IMG/VR virus record: IMGVR_UViG_3300043603_000010 | Location: 26,648 to 90,647 of that record | From: a virus | Lineage: Duplodnaviria > Caudoviricetes | DNA: 64,000 bases | Direction: 5' to 3' (one strand) | Shown here: piece after piece, positions 52,924 through 62,481 of the stretch | Numbering within the stretch: position 1 is the stretch's first letter | Layout of the letters: each line of letters begins with the position of its first letter | Made by a program: the position numbers and the translations under genes | The notes under the pieces: model-generated | The model's input: only the letters and a program-made list of their open reading frames with translations | Database searches by the model: none | What the model was told of the DNA's origin: nothing

Positions 52924-55502
52924 CCGCCGTGGACGACGCTCCGGCAGCCGCTGTGTACGGGCCGGAGCTGGGGGAGGCGCACCAGCAGGAGCTGGCCAGA
53001 TCCGTGGTGGCTCCCGAGCTGGCGAACTCGCGCGGCTACCGGACGCTGTACGGGACCGAGGACGACCGGCGGCTGCTGCGCGACGCGCAGATCCCGCGCT
53101 GGGGCTGGCGCGAGGACGCGGCCTTCCCGGGCCTGCTGCTGCCGATGTACCGGGTCAGCGGCGAGCTGATCAGCTACCAGTGGAAGCCGTGCGTACCACA
53201 GCCCCGCAGCCCCGAGGACCGCAACCCGCCGAAGTACGTGACGTCGTCGGGCCTGATGCACCTGGACGTGCCGCCGGTGGCGGGCGAGCGGGTGCGCGAC
53301 GTGTCGGTACCCCTGTGGATCACCGAGGGGATCAAGAAGGCCGACTGCCTGGCCGGGCAGGGGCGGGCGCCGCTGACCGTGACCGGCGTCTACAACTGGC
53401 GGAACAAGCACACGACGCTGGGGGACTGGGAGGACGTCCCGCTGCGCGGGCGCTCGGTGGTGGTCTGCTTCGACTCCGACGCGCGGGACAACCGGAACGT
53501 GATGACGGCCATGCAGCGGCTGGGCCGCTGGCTGGAGTCCAAGGGCACCCGGGACGTGCAGTACGTGATCGTCCCTGCGGACGTGGGCGGCGTCCCGGTC
53601 AAGGGCGTGGACGACTTCTTCGCGGCCGGGGGCACGCTGGACGGGCTGCGCGAGGCGGCGCGCCGGGAGCTGCCGACCGAGGGACCGCAGGACGCGGCGT
53701 TCACGGACGCGGTGCTGGCCGACACGCTCTGCTCGGAGGCCCTGGACGGGGTGTACCGCTGGGCGTCGGGACTGGGGTGGATGCACTGGAGCGGCCGGGT
53801 CTGGGAGGCGGTCACCGACGTGGCGGTGACCGAGGAGATCCGGCTGTGGGCCCTGGACCGGTTCGCCGGAGCCCTGGACCGGCAGCGGGTGGACCCGGAC
53901 CGGCAGCTGTCGGCGCAGATCGACGGCTGGCGCTCGGTGCTGGGAGCCGGTCGGCTGCGCTCGCTGGTCTCGCTGGCGCGCGGGGTGCTGGAGTGCGCGG
54001 CGGAGGACTTCGATGCCGACAAGGACCTGTTCAACTGCCCGAACGGCGTGGTCGACCTGCGCACGGGGCAGCTGCTGCCGTCCGACCCGGACCTGCTGAT
54101 GACGAAGATCGCCGGATGCGACTACGTCAAGGGCGTGTCCCATCCGGACTGGGACCTGGCGCTGACCGCGCTGCCCGACGACGTCCGGGGCTGGTTCCAG
54201 CTGCGGATGGGGCAGGCGGCCACCGGGTGGACGCCCCCGGACGACGTGGTGGTGATCAGCGAGGGTTCGGGCAGCAACGGGAAGTCGACCACCGTCGACG
54301 CCATGACCACGGTCTTCGGGCAGTACCGGGTGGCCGTGGCCGACCGGGCGCTGCTGGGGTCCGCGAGCGACAACCACCCCACCGAGATGATGGACTTCCT
54401 GGGGGCGCGGTACGCGGTGCTGGAGGAGACGCCGGAGGGGAAGAAGCTGGACACGGTCCGGCTGAAGAAGACGGCGGGGACCAAGGAGATCACCGCGCGC
54501 CGGATCCGGAAGGACAGTGTGACCTTCCCGGTCACGCACTCGATGTTCATCTCCACCAACAACCGGCTGATGGTCACCGACACGGACCACGGCACCTGGA
54601 GGCGGCTGGCGCTGCTGAAGTGGCCGTACACCTACCAGGACAGCGAAGCGGAGTGCAAGGGGCCGATGGACCGGGCCAAGGACCCCACGCTGCGCCAGCG
54701 GGTGGCGGGCGACCCGCAGGTGATGGAGGCGGCGCTGGCCTGGGTGGTGCAGGGCGCGTCGGCCTGGTACGCGGCCGGGCGGATCATGCCGGAGCACCCG
54801 GCCCGGGTGAAGGCCGACACGATGAAGTGGCGCAGGGAGGCGGACCCGGTGATGGGGTTCCTGGACGCGTGCACGGTCTTCGATCCCCGGGCGCACGTGA
54901 TGGCCACCGAGCTGTTCGAGGCCTTCGACCGGTGGATGGTGGAGCAGAAGAACACGTCCTGGTCGATGAAGCTGTTCAAGGCGCGGTTCGAAGGGCACCA
55001 GCTGCTGGTCCAGAACGGTGTGGCGGTGAAGAAGGTCAAGTACAACGCGGGGCTGTCGCGCTGGAACGGGGACCTGTCCCATCCGGCGGTCTACAGCGCC
55101 TGGACCGGGATCCGCTTCAACCGTCCCGAGGATGACGCGTCAAGTCTCGACGATCTTGACGGTGACAACTCCGGGACAAGCCCTTTCGATCATGATCCCG
55201 GGGGTCCCGCGTCAAGTCCCAGCGATCTTCAGAGGGGTGGTAGCGCGATCTTGAGCGAATCTCCCACCTGCAAGGTTCCGGGAGTTCCGGCAAATTATAT
55301 AACGGCTCTATCGCGTAGCGATCCAGGGTTATCAGATTTGCCGGAACTGCCGGAACCTGATCTTGGAGAGGTCCGACTTGACACCCCCGTGTACACGGAG
55401 TCGGAGACCGCTACCGGCACCGACTTGACCGTGTACACGGACACAGATCCGGCGCCCGACGCGTTCGGCGGCACATTCGACTGGGAGGAGCCGTGGCCGT
55501 GA
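52920..55502 (+). CDS. primase-helicase (DUF3854-type primase + D5/P4-family SF3 helicase)
   Basis: LWITEGIKKAD, VCFDSD, KGVDDFF; NCPNGVVDLRTG; GSGSNGKST; STNN. Confidence 0.92.
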   Translation: MTAVDDAPAAAVYGPELGEAHQQELARSVVAPELANSRGYRTLYGTEDDRRLLRDAQIPRWGWREDAAFPGLLLPMYRVSGELISYQWKPCVPQPRSPEDRNPPKYVTSSGLMHLDVPPVAGERVRDVSVPLWITEGIKKADCLAGQGRAPLTVTGVYNWRNKHTTLGDWEDVPLRGRSVVVCFDSDARDNRNVMTAMQRLGRWLESKGTRDVQYVIVPADVGGVPVKGVDDFFAAGGTLDGLREAARRELPTEGPQDAAFTDAVLADTLCSEALDGVYRWASGLGWMHWSGRVWEAVTDVAVTEEIRLWALDRFAGALDRQRVDPDRQLSAQIDGWRSVLGAGRLRSLVSLARGVLECAAEDFDADKDLFNCPNGVVDLRTGQLLPSDPDLLMTKIAGCDYVKGVSHPDWDLALTALPDDVRGWFQLRMGQAATGWTPPDDVVVISEGSGSNGKSTTVDAMTTVFGQYRVAVADRALLGSASDNHPTEMMDFLGARYAVLEETPEGKKLDTVRLKKTAGTKEITARRIRKDSVTFPVTHSMFISTNNRLMVTDTDHGTWRRLALLKWPYTYQDSEAECKGPMDRAKDPTLRQRVAGDPQVMEAALAWVVQGASAWYAAGRIMPEHPARVKADTMKWRREADPVMGFLDACTVFDPRAHVMATELFEAFDRWMVEQKNTSWSMKLFKARFEGHQLLVQNGVAVKKVKYNAGLSRWNGDLSHPAVYSAWTGIRFNRPEDDASSLDDLDGDNSGTSPFDHDPGGPASSPSDLQRGGSAILSESPTCKVPGVPANYITALSRSDPGLSDLPELPEPDLGEVRLDTPVYTESETATGTDLTVYTDTDPAPDAFGGTFDWEEPWP
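55273..55358. promoter_or_regulatory. candidate replication origin: inverted repeat around an AT-rich core
   Basis: AGGTTCCGG-GA-GTTCCGGCAAAT ... ATTTGCCGGAAC-TG-CCGGAACCT flanking AAATTATATAA, in the low-complexity 3' end of primase-helicase. Confidence 0.55.
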
Positions 55503-57355
55503 GGAGGACCGCGTACTACGACATCGAGAGCTGCTCGGCAGACTGGCTCCGGACGTACCGGGGCCAGCAGGGGCCCTACGTGAGGCTGTGCGGCGTTTCT
55601 ACGGGGTCCCCGGTCTCCGGTGTCACCACGGACCCGCAGCGGCTCCTGGGCGTCCTGGAGGGCGCTGACGAGATCACCGGGCACAACATCATCGCGTTCG
55701 ACAACGCGGCGATGGCGCTGCACGCCGGAGCCGACTACGACGCGCTGTGCGCCAAGTCGGTGGACACGCTGGTCCTGGCCCGGCTGGAGGACCCGCCCGG
55801 CAGCCGGGGGCAGAAGCCCTGGGGGGTCAAGGGCTACTACTCGATGGACGCGGTGTGCAGGCGGCGCGGCCTGGTGGCCAAGACCGACGACCTGGCTGCG
55901 CTGGCTCGCGAGTACTGCCCGGACGGCACGCTGGGGGACGACGGGCGCAGGCTCACCGAGGCGGAGCGCACGTCGCTCGGCTTCGGGCTGATCCCGGCCG
56001 ACGACCCGCGCTACACGGACTACCTGCGCGGGGACATCGCGGCCACCCGGGCGCTGCGCGACTCGTACGGGGAGATCAGCGCCTACGCGCGCCGGGAGAT
56101 GAAGGTGGTCCACCTCCAGAACCGGATGTCGCTGACCGGCTGGCGGATCGACGAAGCCCTGCTGGAGGAGCGGGTGGCCCGGGAGGACCGGCGCCGGGAC
56201 GACGCGGCGGCGTTCCTGGCGCAGCTGGGCCTGCCGGTCACCAGGACGGTCCCGCACGGCCGGGGGAAGGCGAGGACCACCGAAGAGGAGGACATCGCCT
56301 CACCGCTGGCGACGAAGGTCGGGAAGGAGTGGATGGAGGGCGTCTGGAAGGACTTCGGCGTGCGCGAGGGGTCGGGGCGGTTCAACATCCCGCGCACGCC
56401 GAAGTCCGGCGACGTCGCGGTGGGCAGGGACAGGCTGGTCCCGTTCACCGAGCACCCGAACTGCCCGGCCGCGCTGAAGGAGATCCTGGCGGCGGTGCTC
56501 GACTTCACCGGGGCGACCCGCAAGTACGCGGAGATCGCCCGGTTCGTCGTCGACGGGCGGGTGCACCCCGGCGTGGGCGGCGACCAGGCGTCCGGCCGCT
56601 GGGCGATGGTGCGCCCGTCGACGACGAACCTGGGCAAGCACGGGGCCAAGCTCCAGGAGCGCGGCGTCTTCGTCGCCGACGAACCGGACCGGGAGTACCC
56701 GGACGGGTACGTCCACATCTGCTGCGACATGGACCAGGTCGACATGCGGGCCATCGCCGCGCTGTGCCAGGACCCGGCGTACATGCGGCTGTTCCTGCCC
56801 GGCGAGGACGCGCACTCCGCCAACGCGGACGCGATCTTCGGACGGCACGACGGCGAGTGGCGCGACCGGGCGAAGAAGATCGGCCACCTGTGGAACTACG
56901 GCGGCGGGATCGACGCGATCGTGCGCGCCGGGTCCAGCCGCGAGCACGCGGTGGCGTACGACCGCGCCATGCTGGCGACGTACCGCGTGCTGTGCGCCTG
57001 GCGGGAGGAGATCCGCGAGCAGGGCAGGCACGGGCTGCTGGACAACGGGTTCGGCCGGAAGATGCGCTGCGACCCGGGCCGCGCGTACACGCAGGCACCG
57101 GCGCTGATGGGGCAGGGCGGCGCGCGGGACCTGATGACGACCGGCATGCTCCGGCTGGCCGACGCGGTCCCCGAGTCGGTGGCCTGGTTCCGGGGTGTCG
57201 TCCATGACGAGATCGTCCTGTCCGTGCCGAGGAAGCACGTGGAGGAGATCACCCGCGAGGTGCAGAAGGCGATGACGTTCGAGTGGCGCGGCGTGGCCAT
57301 CACGTCCGCCGTCACGAAGCCCGGAGACAACTGGGCATCGTGCTACCCCGAATGA
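55499..57355 (+). CDS. DNA polymerase family A with 3'-5' exonuclease
   Basis: YYDIES, GHNIIAFD; motif A DMDQVDMR, motif B RDRAKKIGHLWNYG, motif C VHDEI. Confidence 0.93.
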   Translation: MRRTAYYDIESCSADWLRTYRGQQGPYVRLCGVSTGSPVSGVTTDPQRLLGVLEGADEITGHNIIAFDNAAMALHAGADYDALCAKSVDTLVLARLEDPPGSRGQKPWGVKGYYSMDAVCRRRGLVAKTDDLAALAREYCPDGTLGDDGRRLTEAERTSLGFGLIPADDPRYTDYLRGDIAATRALRDSYGEISAYARREMKVVHLQNRMSLTGWRIDEALLEERVAREDRRRDDAAAFLAQLGLPVTRTVPHGRGKARTTEEEDIASPLATKVGKEWMEGVWKDFGVREGSGRFNIPRTPKSGDVAVGRDRLVPFTEHPNCPAALKEILAAVLDFTGATRKYAEIARFVVDGRVHPGVGGDQASGRWAMVRPSTTNLGKHGAKLQERGVFVADEPDREYPDGYVHICCDMDQVDMRAIAALCQDPAYMRLFLPGEDAHSANADAIFGRHDGEWRDRAKKIGHLWNYGGGIDAIVRAGSSREHAVAYDRAMLATYRVLCAWREEIREQGRHGLLDNGFGRKMRCDPGRAYTQAPALMGQGGARDLMTTGMLRLADAVPESVAWFRGVVHDEIVLSVPRKHVEEITREVQKAMTFEWRGVAITSAVTKPGDNWASCYPE

Positions 57356-57377
57356 ATAATGAGAAAGGAGAGTACGT

Positions 57378-57767
57378 ATGAGGCACGAAGAGAAGTTCGT
57401 CATGTCGCACAAGCCGTTCGCCGTGGTGCTGGCCAGCCTGCACCCGTGGGCGGATGACGCCGGGCAGGCACACGGCTGGTGGCAGGTCCAGGCGGTCTGG
57501 TTCCGTCGCCGCTACGGGGTCACGGTGGCCTGCGTCGGCAACCTGCATACGATCTGCGACGCACCCCGGGACGCGCGTGAGTTCCTGACCGGGTACACCG
57601 ACGGCAGGTACGGCGGCCACTGCGACGGCCGCTGGGACGGGACCGGCTACTGGGGTGCGGAGAACCCGGACACGGTGGCATCGCACCTGATGCTGCTGCG
57701 GCCGATGCTGGAGAACTTCCCGGCGGTCCCGGCCGGGTTCGACGGGTGGTGGACGTTCAAGCCATGA
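57378..57767 (+). CDS. hypothetical protein
   Basis: AAAGGAGAG RBS. Confidence 0.7.
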   Translation: MRHEEKFVMSHKPFAVVLASLHPWADDAGQAHGWWQVQAVWFRRRYGVTVACVGNLHTICDAPRDAREFLTGYTDGRYGGHCDGRWDGTGYWGAENPDTVASHLMLLRPMLENFPAVPAGFDGWWTFKP

Positions 57768-57790
57768 GCAGTCAGCGAGAGGAGAAGACG

Positions 57791-58294
57791 ATGGGTGACC
57801 GACAGGACGACATCAGGTACGAGGACGACCCGGCGGTGTGGGCGTCCGCACGACGGGAGGACGCGGTGTCCGGTCAGCGCGACGAAGAGCCGACGGTGGT
57901 CCAGGTCCGGCTGCCCGGCGCGGCGCGCACGTACGCGTACACCGTTCCGCACGGCTGGGACGCGGTGGCCGTCGGCGACTGGGTGGCGGTGCCCGGCAAC
58001 CAGGTCTCGCCCGACGGCGGCAAGGGCCGGGTGGAGTCGTTCGGCCGGGACGCGTACAAGGGTCCGCTGAAGGAGCTGGTACACCTGCTGGAGCCGCAGG
58101 ACCCCTGGCTGGTGCGGATGGAGGTGGTGCGCAGCTCCAAGGAGGCCAACACGGTCTGGCAGGCCGCCAAGGAGGCGCAGGTCGGACCGGACCGGATGCG
58201 GCGGCTGCGGCGGACCGGGTCGGAGCGGCTGGCGGCCGTCAAGGAGGAGCAGGCGAGCCGGGCACGCTGGCGCACGGAGCGGGAGCAGCGGTGA
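57791..58294 (+). CDS. hypothetical protein (PriA-N-like beta domain plus helical module)
   Basis: RTYAY...VGDWVAVP; GAGGAGAAG RBS. Confidence 0.6.
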   Translation: MGDRQDDIRYEDDPAVWASARREDAVSGQRDEEPTVVQVRLPGAARTYAYTVPHGWDAVAVGDWVAVPGNQVSPDGGKGRVESFGRDAYKGPLKELVHLLEPQDPWLVRMEVVRSSKEANTVWQAAKEAQVGPDRMRRLRRTGSERLAAVKEEQASRARWRTEREQR

Positions 58295-58539
58295 GCACTT
58301 ACCTGGACGTATACCTGGACTACCGGGGCCGCCTGCGGGGGATTCGCAGGGATGCCGTCCTGGAGTTCATCACTGCGCACCCGGACAGCAGCGGCTACCA
58401 GATCCACAAGGGGTCCGGTGTGGTCGTGAGCTGGACGTACGTCGTGCTGGATGAACTGGTGCGGGACGGGCGGATCGAGGCCCGGTGGCTGGACGGTCCG
58501 CAGCCCCGCAGGCGCGTGTACCGGGCGGTGGTCCGGTGA
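58291..58539 (+). CDS. PadR-like winged-HTH protein
   Basis: SGYQI...YVVLDELVRDGRIEARW...RRRVYR. Confidence 0.7.
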   Translation: MSTYLDVYLDYRGRLRGIRRDAVLEFITAHPDSSGYQIHKGSGVVVSWTYVVLDELVRDGRIEARWLDGPQPRRRVYRAVVR

Positions 58540-58853
58540 ACCCGTTCCGCAACACGGAGGCCATGCTGCCGGTGGCCGGGTCGATCGTGATCGATGAGCA
58601 GGTGGTCCCGCTCACCGGGGTCCGGCTGGAGAACGGCCTGCTCCACTTCGTCGGCTATGTGGAGGAGTGCGCCAAGGAGGTGGAACTCAGGAGCGGCATG
58701 GAGTTCCGGATCCACGGGTCCGACGGGTCGGAGATCGCCGTCTGCCGCTGGAACGTGCGGGGCTGCGGGCCGGTGCGGACCAAGGCCGGGCAGTCGCTGA
58801 CGGTGATCTTCCCGGTGCACTTCGAAGTACTGATCGGGGGTGGTGAGCTGTGA
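58536..58853 (+). CDS. hypothetical protein
   Basis: GTGA couplings. Confidence 0.6.
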   Translation: MNPFRNTEAMLPVAGSIVIDEQVVPLTGVRLENGLLHFVGYVEECAKEVELRSGMEFRIHGSDGSEIAVCRWNVRGCGPVRTKAGQSLTVIFPVHFEVLIGGGEL

Positions 58854-59035
58854 GTGAGCACGACGACCTGAGGACCGCACTGGAAGGAGTCCTGCCGGAC
58901 GGCAGCAGGGCTCCGCTCGCGCGGGTCAGCGAGGCGGAGCGCCGTCTGGACCGCAGGGCGGTGGAGTCCGGGAAGATCACACAGCAGTGCTTCCGGGAAC
59001 TGTGGGGCGTGGATTTCACGGAGGTGGAGCTGTGA
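58850..59035 (+). CDS. hypothetical protein (61 aa)
   Basis: GTGA couplings. Confidence 0.55.
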   Translation: MSEHDDLRTALEGVLPDGSRAPLARVSEAERRLDRRAVESGKITQQCFRELWGVDFTEVEL

Positions 59036-59526
59036 AGATCACAGCATTGGACCTGAGCATCACGGCGACCGGCGTGTGCCTGCCGGACGGAACCGTGTCC
59101 ACGGTCAGGACGAAGACGACCGACGGCGACCGGCGGCTGCTGGTGATCGAGGACGCGGTCAGGTCGGCGGTCACCGGAGCCGACCTGGTGGTGATGGAGG
59201 CGCTGACCGGGAACCTGAAGGGCAGCGCCTCGGTGACGGTCGGCAAGGTGCACGGCGTGGTGGACCGGCTCCTGATGCGCGAACTGGGCATCCCGTACGC
59301 GGAAGTGTCCCCGTCCACGCTGAAGAAGTTCGCCACCGGGAACGGGAACTGCAACAAGGTTGAGATGGGTGTGTCCGCGATGGAGCGGTTCCACCTGCGG
59401 TTCAAGGACGACAACCAGTGCGACGCGTTCTGGCTCTGGCAGGCCGCACTGGTCCACTACGGGCTCGCCGACGTCACGTTCCCGCCGGTGCAGCGGAACG
59501 CACTCAAGACGGTGGTGTGGCCGTGA
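59032..59526 (+). CDS. RuvC-like Holliday junction resolvase
   Basis: ITALDLSITATG, VVMEA, SPSTLKKFATGNGN..K, DDNQCDA. Confidence 0.88.
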   Translation: MKITALDLSITATGVCLPDGTVSTVRTKTTDGDRRLLVIEDAVRSAVTGADLVVMEALTGNLKGSASVTVGKVHGVVDRLLMRELGIPYAEVSPSTLKKFATGNGNCNKVEMGVSAMERFHLRFKDDNQCDAFWLWQAALVHYGLADVTFPPVQRNALKTVVWP

Positions 59527-59747
59527 ACGCCCGGGAGATCACCGCGACAGTCGTCGAAGGCGGGACGAAGTTCCAGCTGCTGGCCATGCTTCCCAGCTGT
59601 GACGACATGATTGCGCCGGACCGGGTCGAAGAGATGGTCCGGCAGCAGGTGGAAGCCGAGATGCGCCGGTACGGGCTTCAGGGAGAAGTCGTCTTCGTGA
59701 CGGCGGACGTCGCATACCCGGACCTGGACGAAGCGGAGCAGCCGTGA
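59523..59747 (+). CDS. hypothetical protein
   Basis: GTGA couplings. Confidence 0.55.
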   Translation: MNAREITATVVEGGTKFQLLAMLPSCDDMIAPDRVEEMVRQQVEAEMRRYGLQGEVVFVTADVAYPDLDEAEQP

Positions 59748-60385
59748 GCAAGTTCAACAGGCGGGAGACGATGCGGAGGATCATGTCCTCCGCCGGAGGA
59801 GTGGTCGGAGCGATGAACGCCATGGGAGACACGCTGCGCCAGGCGGCCGAGCAGCAGCGGCAGCAGATCGAGGCAGACACCCGGGACGGTGTGCAGCCGG
59901 GCAGCGTGGTGCACGTCTACCCGGTCAGTGTTGCGCAGCGGCTGGCACGGACAGGGGGCGTCTCCCCGGAGGAGGCGGCGCAGCGGTTGCAGAGCGTCCT
60001 CAGCCCGGATCTCGGAGCGTGGTGCTTCCATCCGAACGCCGTGTGCCGGGAGTGGCGGCAGCCGGAGAGCTGCTACTCGGTTGTCCGGGCGACTTGCCCC
60101 GACTGCGGGGACTGCCAGGAGGCGGTGGACGCCTACCCGGTGCTGGTGTCCAGGCCGATGCCGGGGCCCGTCGTCGGCAGGGACCGGGGTGACCTGGTCC
60201 GGGCCTACGCCGACGCGGCCGGGCGCGGGGTTCCGGACCACCGGCCGCGATCGTGGGACTCGGGTCGCCCGTGGGACGATCGGCCGTCCCCGGCGCGGAA
60301 CGTACTGCCGGAACGGGATCCGGGGACCACCCGCCAGCAGCGGTTGCGCGACGCGGCCGACCGGGTCAGCCGGGGTGTCTGGTAG
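59744..60385 (+). CDS. hypothetical protein with C-H-C/CxxC motifs
   Basis: WCFH..VC...CY...CPDC. Confidence 0.6.
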   Translation: MSKFNRRETMRRIMSSAGGVVGAMNAMGDTLRQAAEQQRQQIEADTRDGVQPGSVVHVYPVSVAQRLARTGGVSPEEAAQRLQSVLSPDLGAWCFHPNAVCREWRQPESCYSVVRATCPDCGDCQEAVDAYPVLVSRPMPGPVVGRDRGDLVRAYADAAGRGVPDHRPRSWDSGRPWDDRPSPARNVLPERDPGTTRQQRLRDAADRVSRGVW

Positions 60386-60681
60386 TGGCGCACTGGCTGT
60401 CGCACTTCATCGGCGCAGACGACGGGACCGGGTTCTGGTACCTCTTCTGGTCCGGGTTCATCAGCGACGTCGGGCTTCTGGGCATCGTCGGCACCACGCT
60501 GCGCAGGCACAAGTGCGAAGTGCACCGGTGCTGGCGGATGGGGCGGCACGGAACGGCGGCCGGGCACACGGTGTGCCGCCACCACATGCCGGGCGGAGCA
60601 CCCAGCCACGCACGGGTCCTGGCTGCCCACCGGCTGGCACTGCACCAGCGGACCGGCGGGCACAATGAGCCGGGGGCCTGA
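60385..60681 (+). CDS. membrane protein with Cys/His motif
   Basis: FWYLFWSG...HKCEVHRCWRMG...CRHH. Confidence 0.65.
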   Translation: MAHWLSHFIGADDGTGFWYLFWSGFISDVGLLGIVGTTLRRHKCEVHRCWRMGRHGTAAGHTVCRHHMPGGAPSHARVLAAHRLALHQRTGGHNEPGA

Positions 60682-60794
60682 TGGGTGCGCAGGTGGTCCC
60701 GTGGCGGTCGCCGTGGACGACGCTGATGGTTCTCGGGCTCGCGCTGTACGTCATGGCGCTGGCTGCCGTGCTGATGATGTGGGGTGTGATGTGA
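60681..60794 (+). CDS. small membrane protein (37 aa)
   Basis: TGATG and GTGA couplings; single TM helix. Confidence 0.55.
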   Translation: MGAQVVPWRSPWTTLMVLGLALYVMALAAVLMMWGVM

Positions 60795-61342
60795 GCCTGC
60801 TGGAGCAGATCGAGGAGATCAGGCTGAACAAGGTCCGGCTGTACCCGGGCAACCCGCGCCGGGGCGACGTGGACCTGATCGCGTCCTCGCTGGAGGCCAA
60901 CGGGCAGTACCGGCCCGTCGTGGTGCAGCGCTCCACCGGCTACGTGCTGGCGGGCAACCACACGGTCCGCGCTGCCCGGAAGCTGGGGTGGAAGTCCATC
61001 TCTGCCGTGGTCATCGACGTGGACGACATCGGAGCCAAGCGGATCGTGCTGGCCGACAACCGGACGGCCGACGCCGGGACGTACGACCAGCAGGCGCTAG
61101 CCGACCTGCTCTCCTCCCTGGAGGACCTGGAGGGCACCGGGTACGCGGACGCCGACCTGGCGGTGCTGCTGGACCAGGAGGTGCAGGCGAACCCGCTGCC
61201 GGAGGTCGGCGATGCGCCGGTGGACGACCGGGTGATGGCCTGGGGCGTCGTGGTCGTGGTGGGCGACGAAGCAGCGCAGGCGGACCTGCTCACCCGGCTG
61301 GCCGGGGAGGGCTTCGACGTCCGGGCCCTGGTCGGGGGCTGA
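60791..61342 (+). CDS. ParB/Srx-like domain protein
   Basis: YPGNPRRG...SLEANGQYRPVVV...LAGNHTVRAARKLG...LADNRT. Confidence 0.9.
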   Translation: MSLLEQIEEIRLNKVRLYPGNPRRGDVDLIASSLEANGQYRPVVVQRSTGYVLAGNHTVRAARKLGWKSISAVVIDVDDIGAKRIVLADNRTADAGTYDQQALADLLSSLEDLEGTGYADADLAVLLDQEVQANPLPEVGDAPVDDRVMAWGVVVVVGDEAAQADLLTRLAGEGFDVRALVGG

Positions 61343-61343
61343 C

Positions 61344-62462
61344 GTGCACGCCGTGGTGGACCTGCACAGCGACGTGGTGCGCTCTGCCCGGGTGCTCCAG
61401 CTGGCCGGGATGTTCGATGTGCCGCTGTCGCAGAAGCTGCGGCACCGGCTGGACGTGGACCTGCCTGCGGAGGAGCGCCCGTGGTCGGTCGGCCTGCTGG
61501 TCGGCCCGTCCGGAGCGGGCAAGTCGACGCTGCTGGACGCGCTGTGGCCGGAGCGCACCCTGTCCTACCCCTGGTCGCCGGACCGGGCGCTGGTGGACGA
61601 CTTCCCGGCCGGGATGGGTGTGCGGGACGTGGTCGGTCTGCTCACCGCTGTGGGGCTCGGATCGCCTCCGGCGTGGATGCGCCCGTACCGGACCCTGTCC
61701 AACGGTGAGGCGTTCCGGGCCTCGATCGCCCGCGCGCTGGCGGAGGAGCAGGGGACCGTCGTGGTCGATGAGTTCACGTCCGTGGTGGACCGCCAGGTGG
61801 CGAAGGTGGCCAGCCACGCGGTGCAGAAGGCGGTGCGGCGCTCCGGCCGACAGCTGGTGGCGGCCACCTGCCACTACGACGTCACCGACTGGTTGCAGCC
61901 GGACTGGGTGTTCGACGTGGCCGCGCAGTCCTTCGCCTGGAGGTCGGTTCAACCCCACCCCGGGCTCAGCCTCGCCGTCCGCGCTGTCGACCGGGGCGTC
62001 TGGCCTGCCTTTGCACGTCATCACTATCTGAGCGCGGACCTGAACCCGACGGCGGTCTGCCACGGAGCGTTCCTGCCGGACGGCCGGATCGTGGCGTTCT
62101 CCAGCTACCGGCACTTCGCCCACGCTCGGACACGCAACATCAAGAAAGCACACCGGATCGTCGTGCTCCCGGACTGGCAGGGCTTCGGGATCGGGATGGC
62201 GATGGCGGCGTGGACCGGCCAGCACCTGTACGAGAGCGCGGGGCAGCGGTACCGGATCACGTCGGTCCATCCGGCGGTGGCCGCGCACTGCGCACGGTCC
62301 CCGCGCTGGCGCGAAGTGGGGGTTCCGACCGGCAGTCTGGGCAAGGCGTCCCGGGACCGATCCCGGGGAACGCTCAGGCAGGAGCAGCTGCGCGCACTGA
62401 CACTGGACACTCGGCAACTGACTGTGCGCAGCTTCGAATACGCGCCGGTTCCAGCCGGGTGA
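61344..62462 (+). CDS. ABC-type ATPase fused to GNAT acetyltransferase
   Basis: GPSGAGKST, LSNGE, VVDEFTS, ATCH; C-terminal RHHYL...RIVVLPDWQGFGIG. Confidence 0.88.
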   Translation: MHAVVDLHSDVVRSARVLQLAGMFDVPLSQKLRHRLDVDLPAEERPWSVGLLVGPSGAGKSTLLDALWPERTLSYPWSPDRALVDDFPAGMGVRDVVGLLTAVGLGSPPAWMRPYRTLSNGEAFRASIARALAEEQGTVVVDEFTSVVDRQVAKVASHAVQKAVRRSGRQLVAATCHYDVTDWLQPDWVFDVAAQSFAWRSVQPHPGLSLAVRAVDRGVWPAFARHHYLSADLNPTAVCHGAFLPDGRIVAFSSYRHFAHARTRNIKKAHRIVVLPDWQGFGIGMAMAAWTGQHLYESAGQRYRITSVHPAVAAHCARSPRWREVGVPTGSLGKASRDRSRGTLRQEQLRALTLDTRQLTVRSFEYAPVPAG

Positions 62463-62481
62463 ATTAGGAAAGGAGAGGACG

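Noticed and set aside
55329-55331. TTA codon in primase-helicase as proof of bldA-type control
   Set aside because: It lies inside the AT-rich origin-like element and may be a by-product of DNA-level constraint; kept only as a side note
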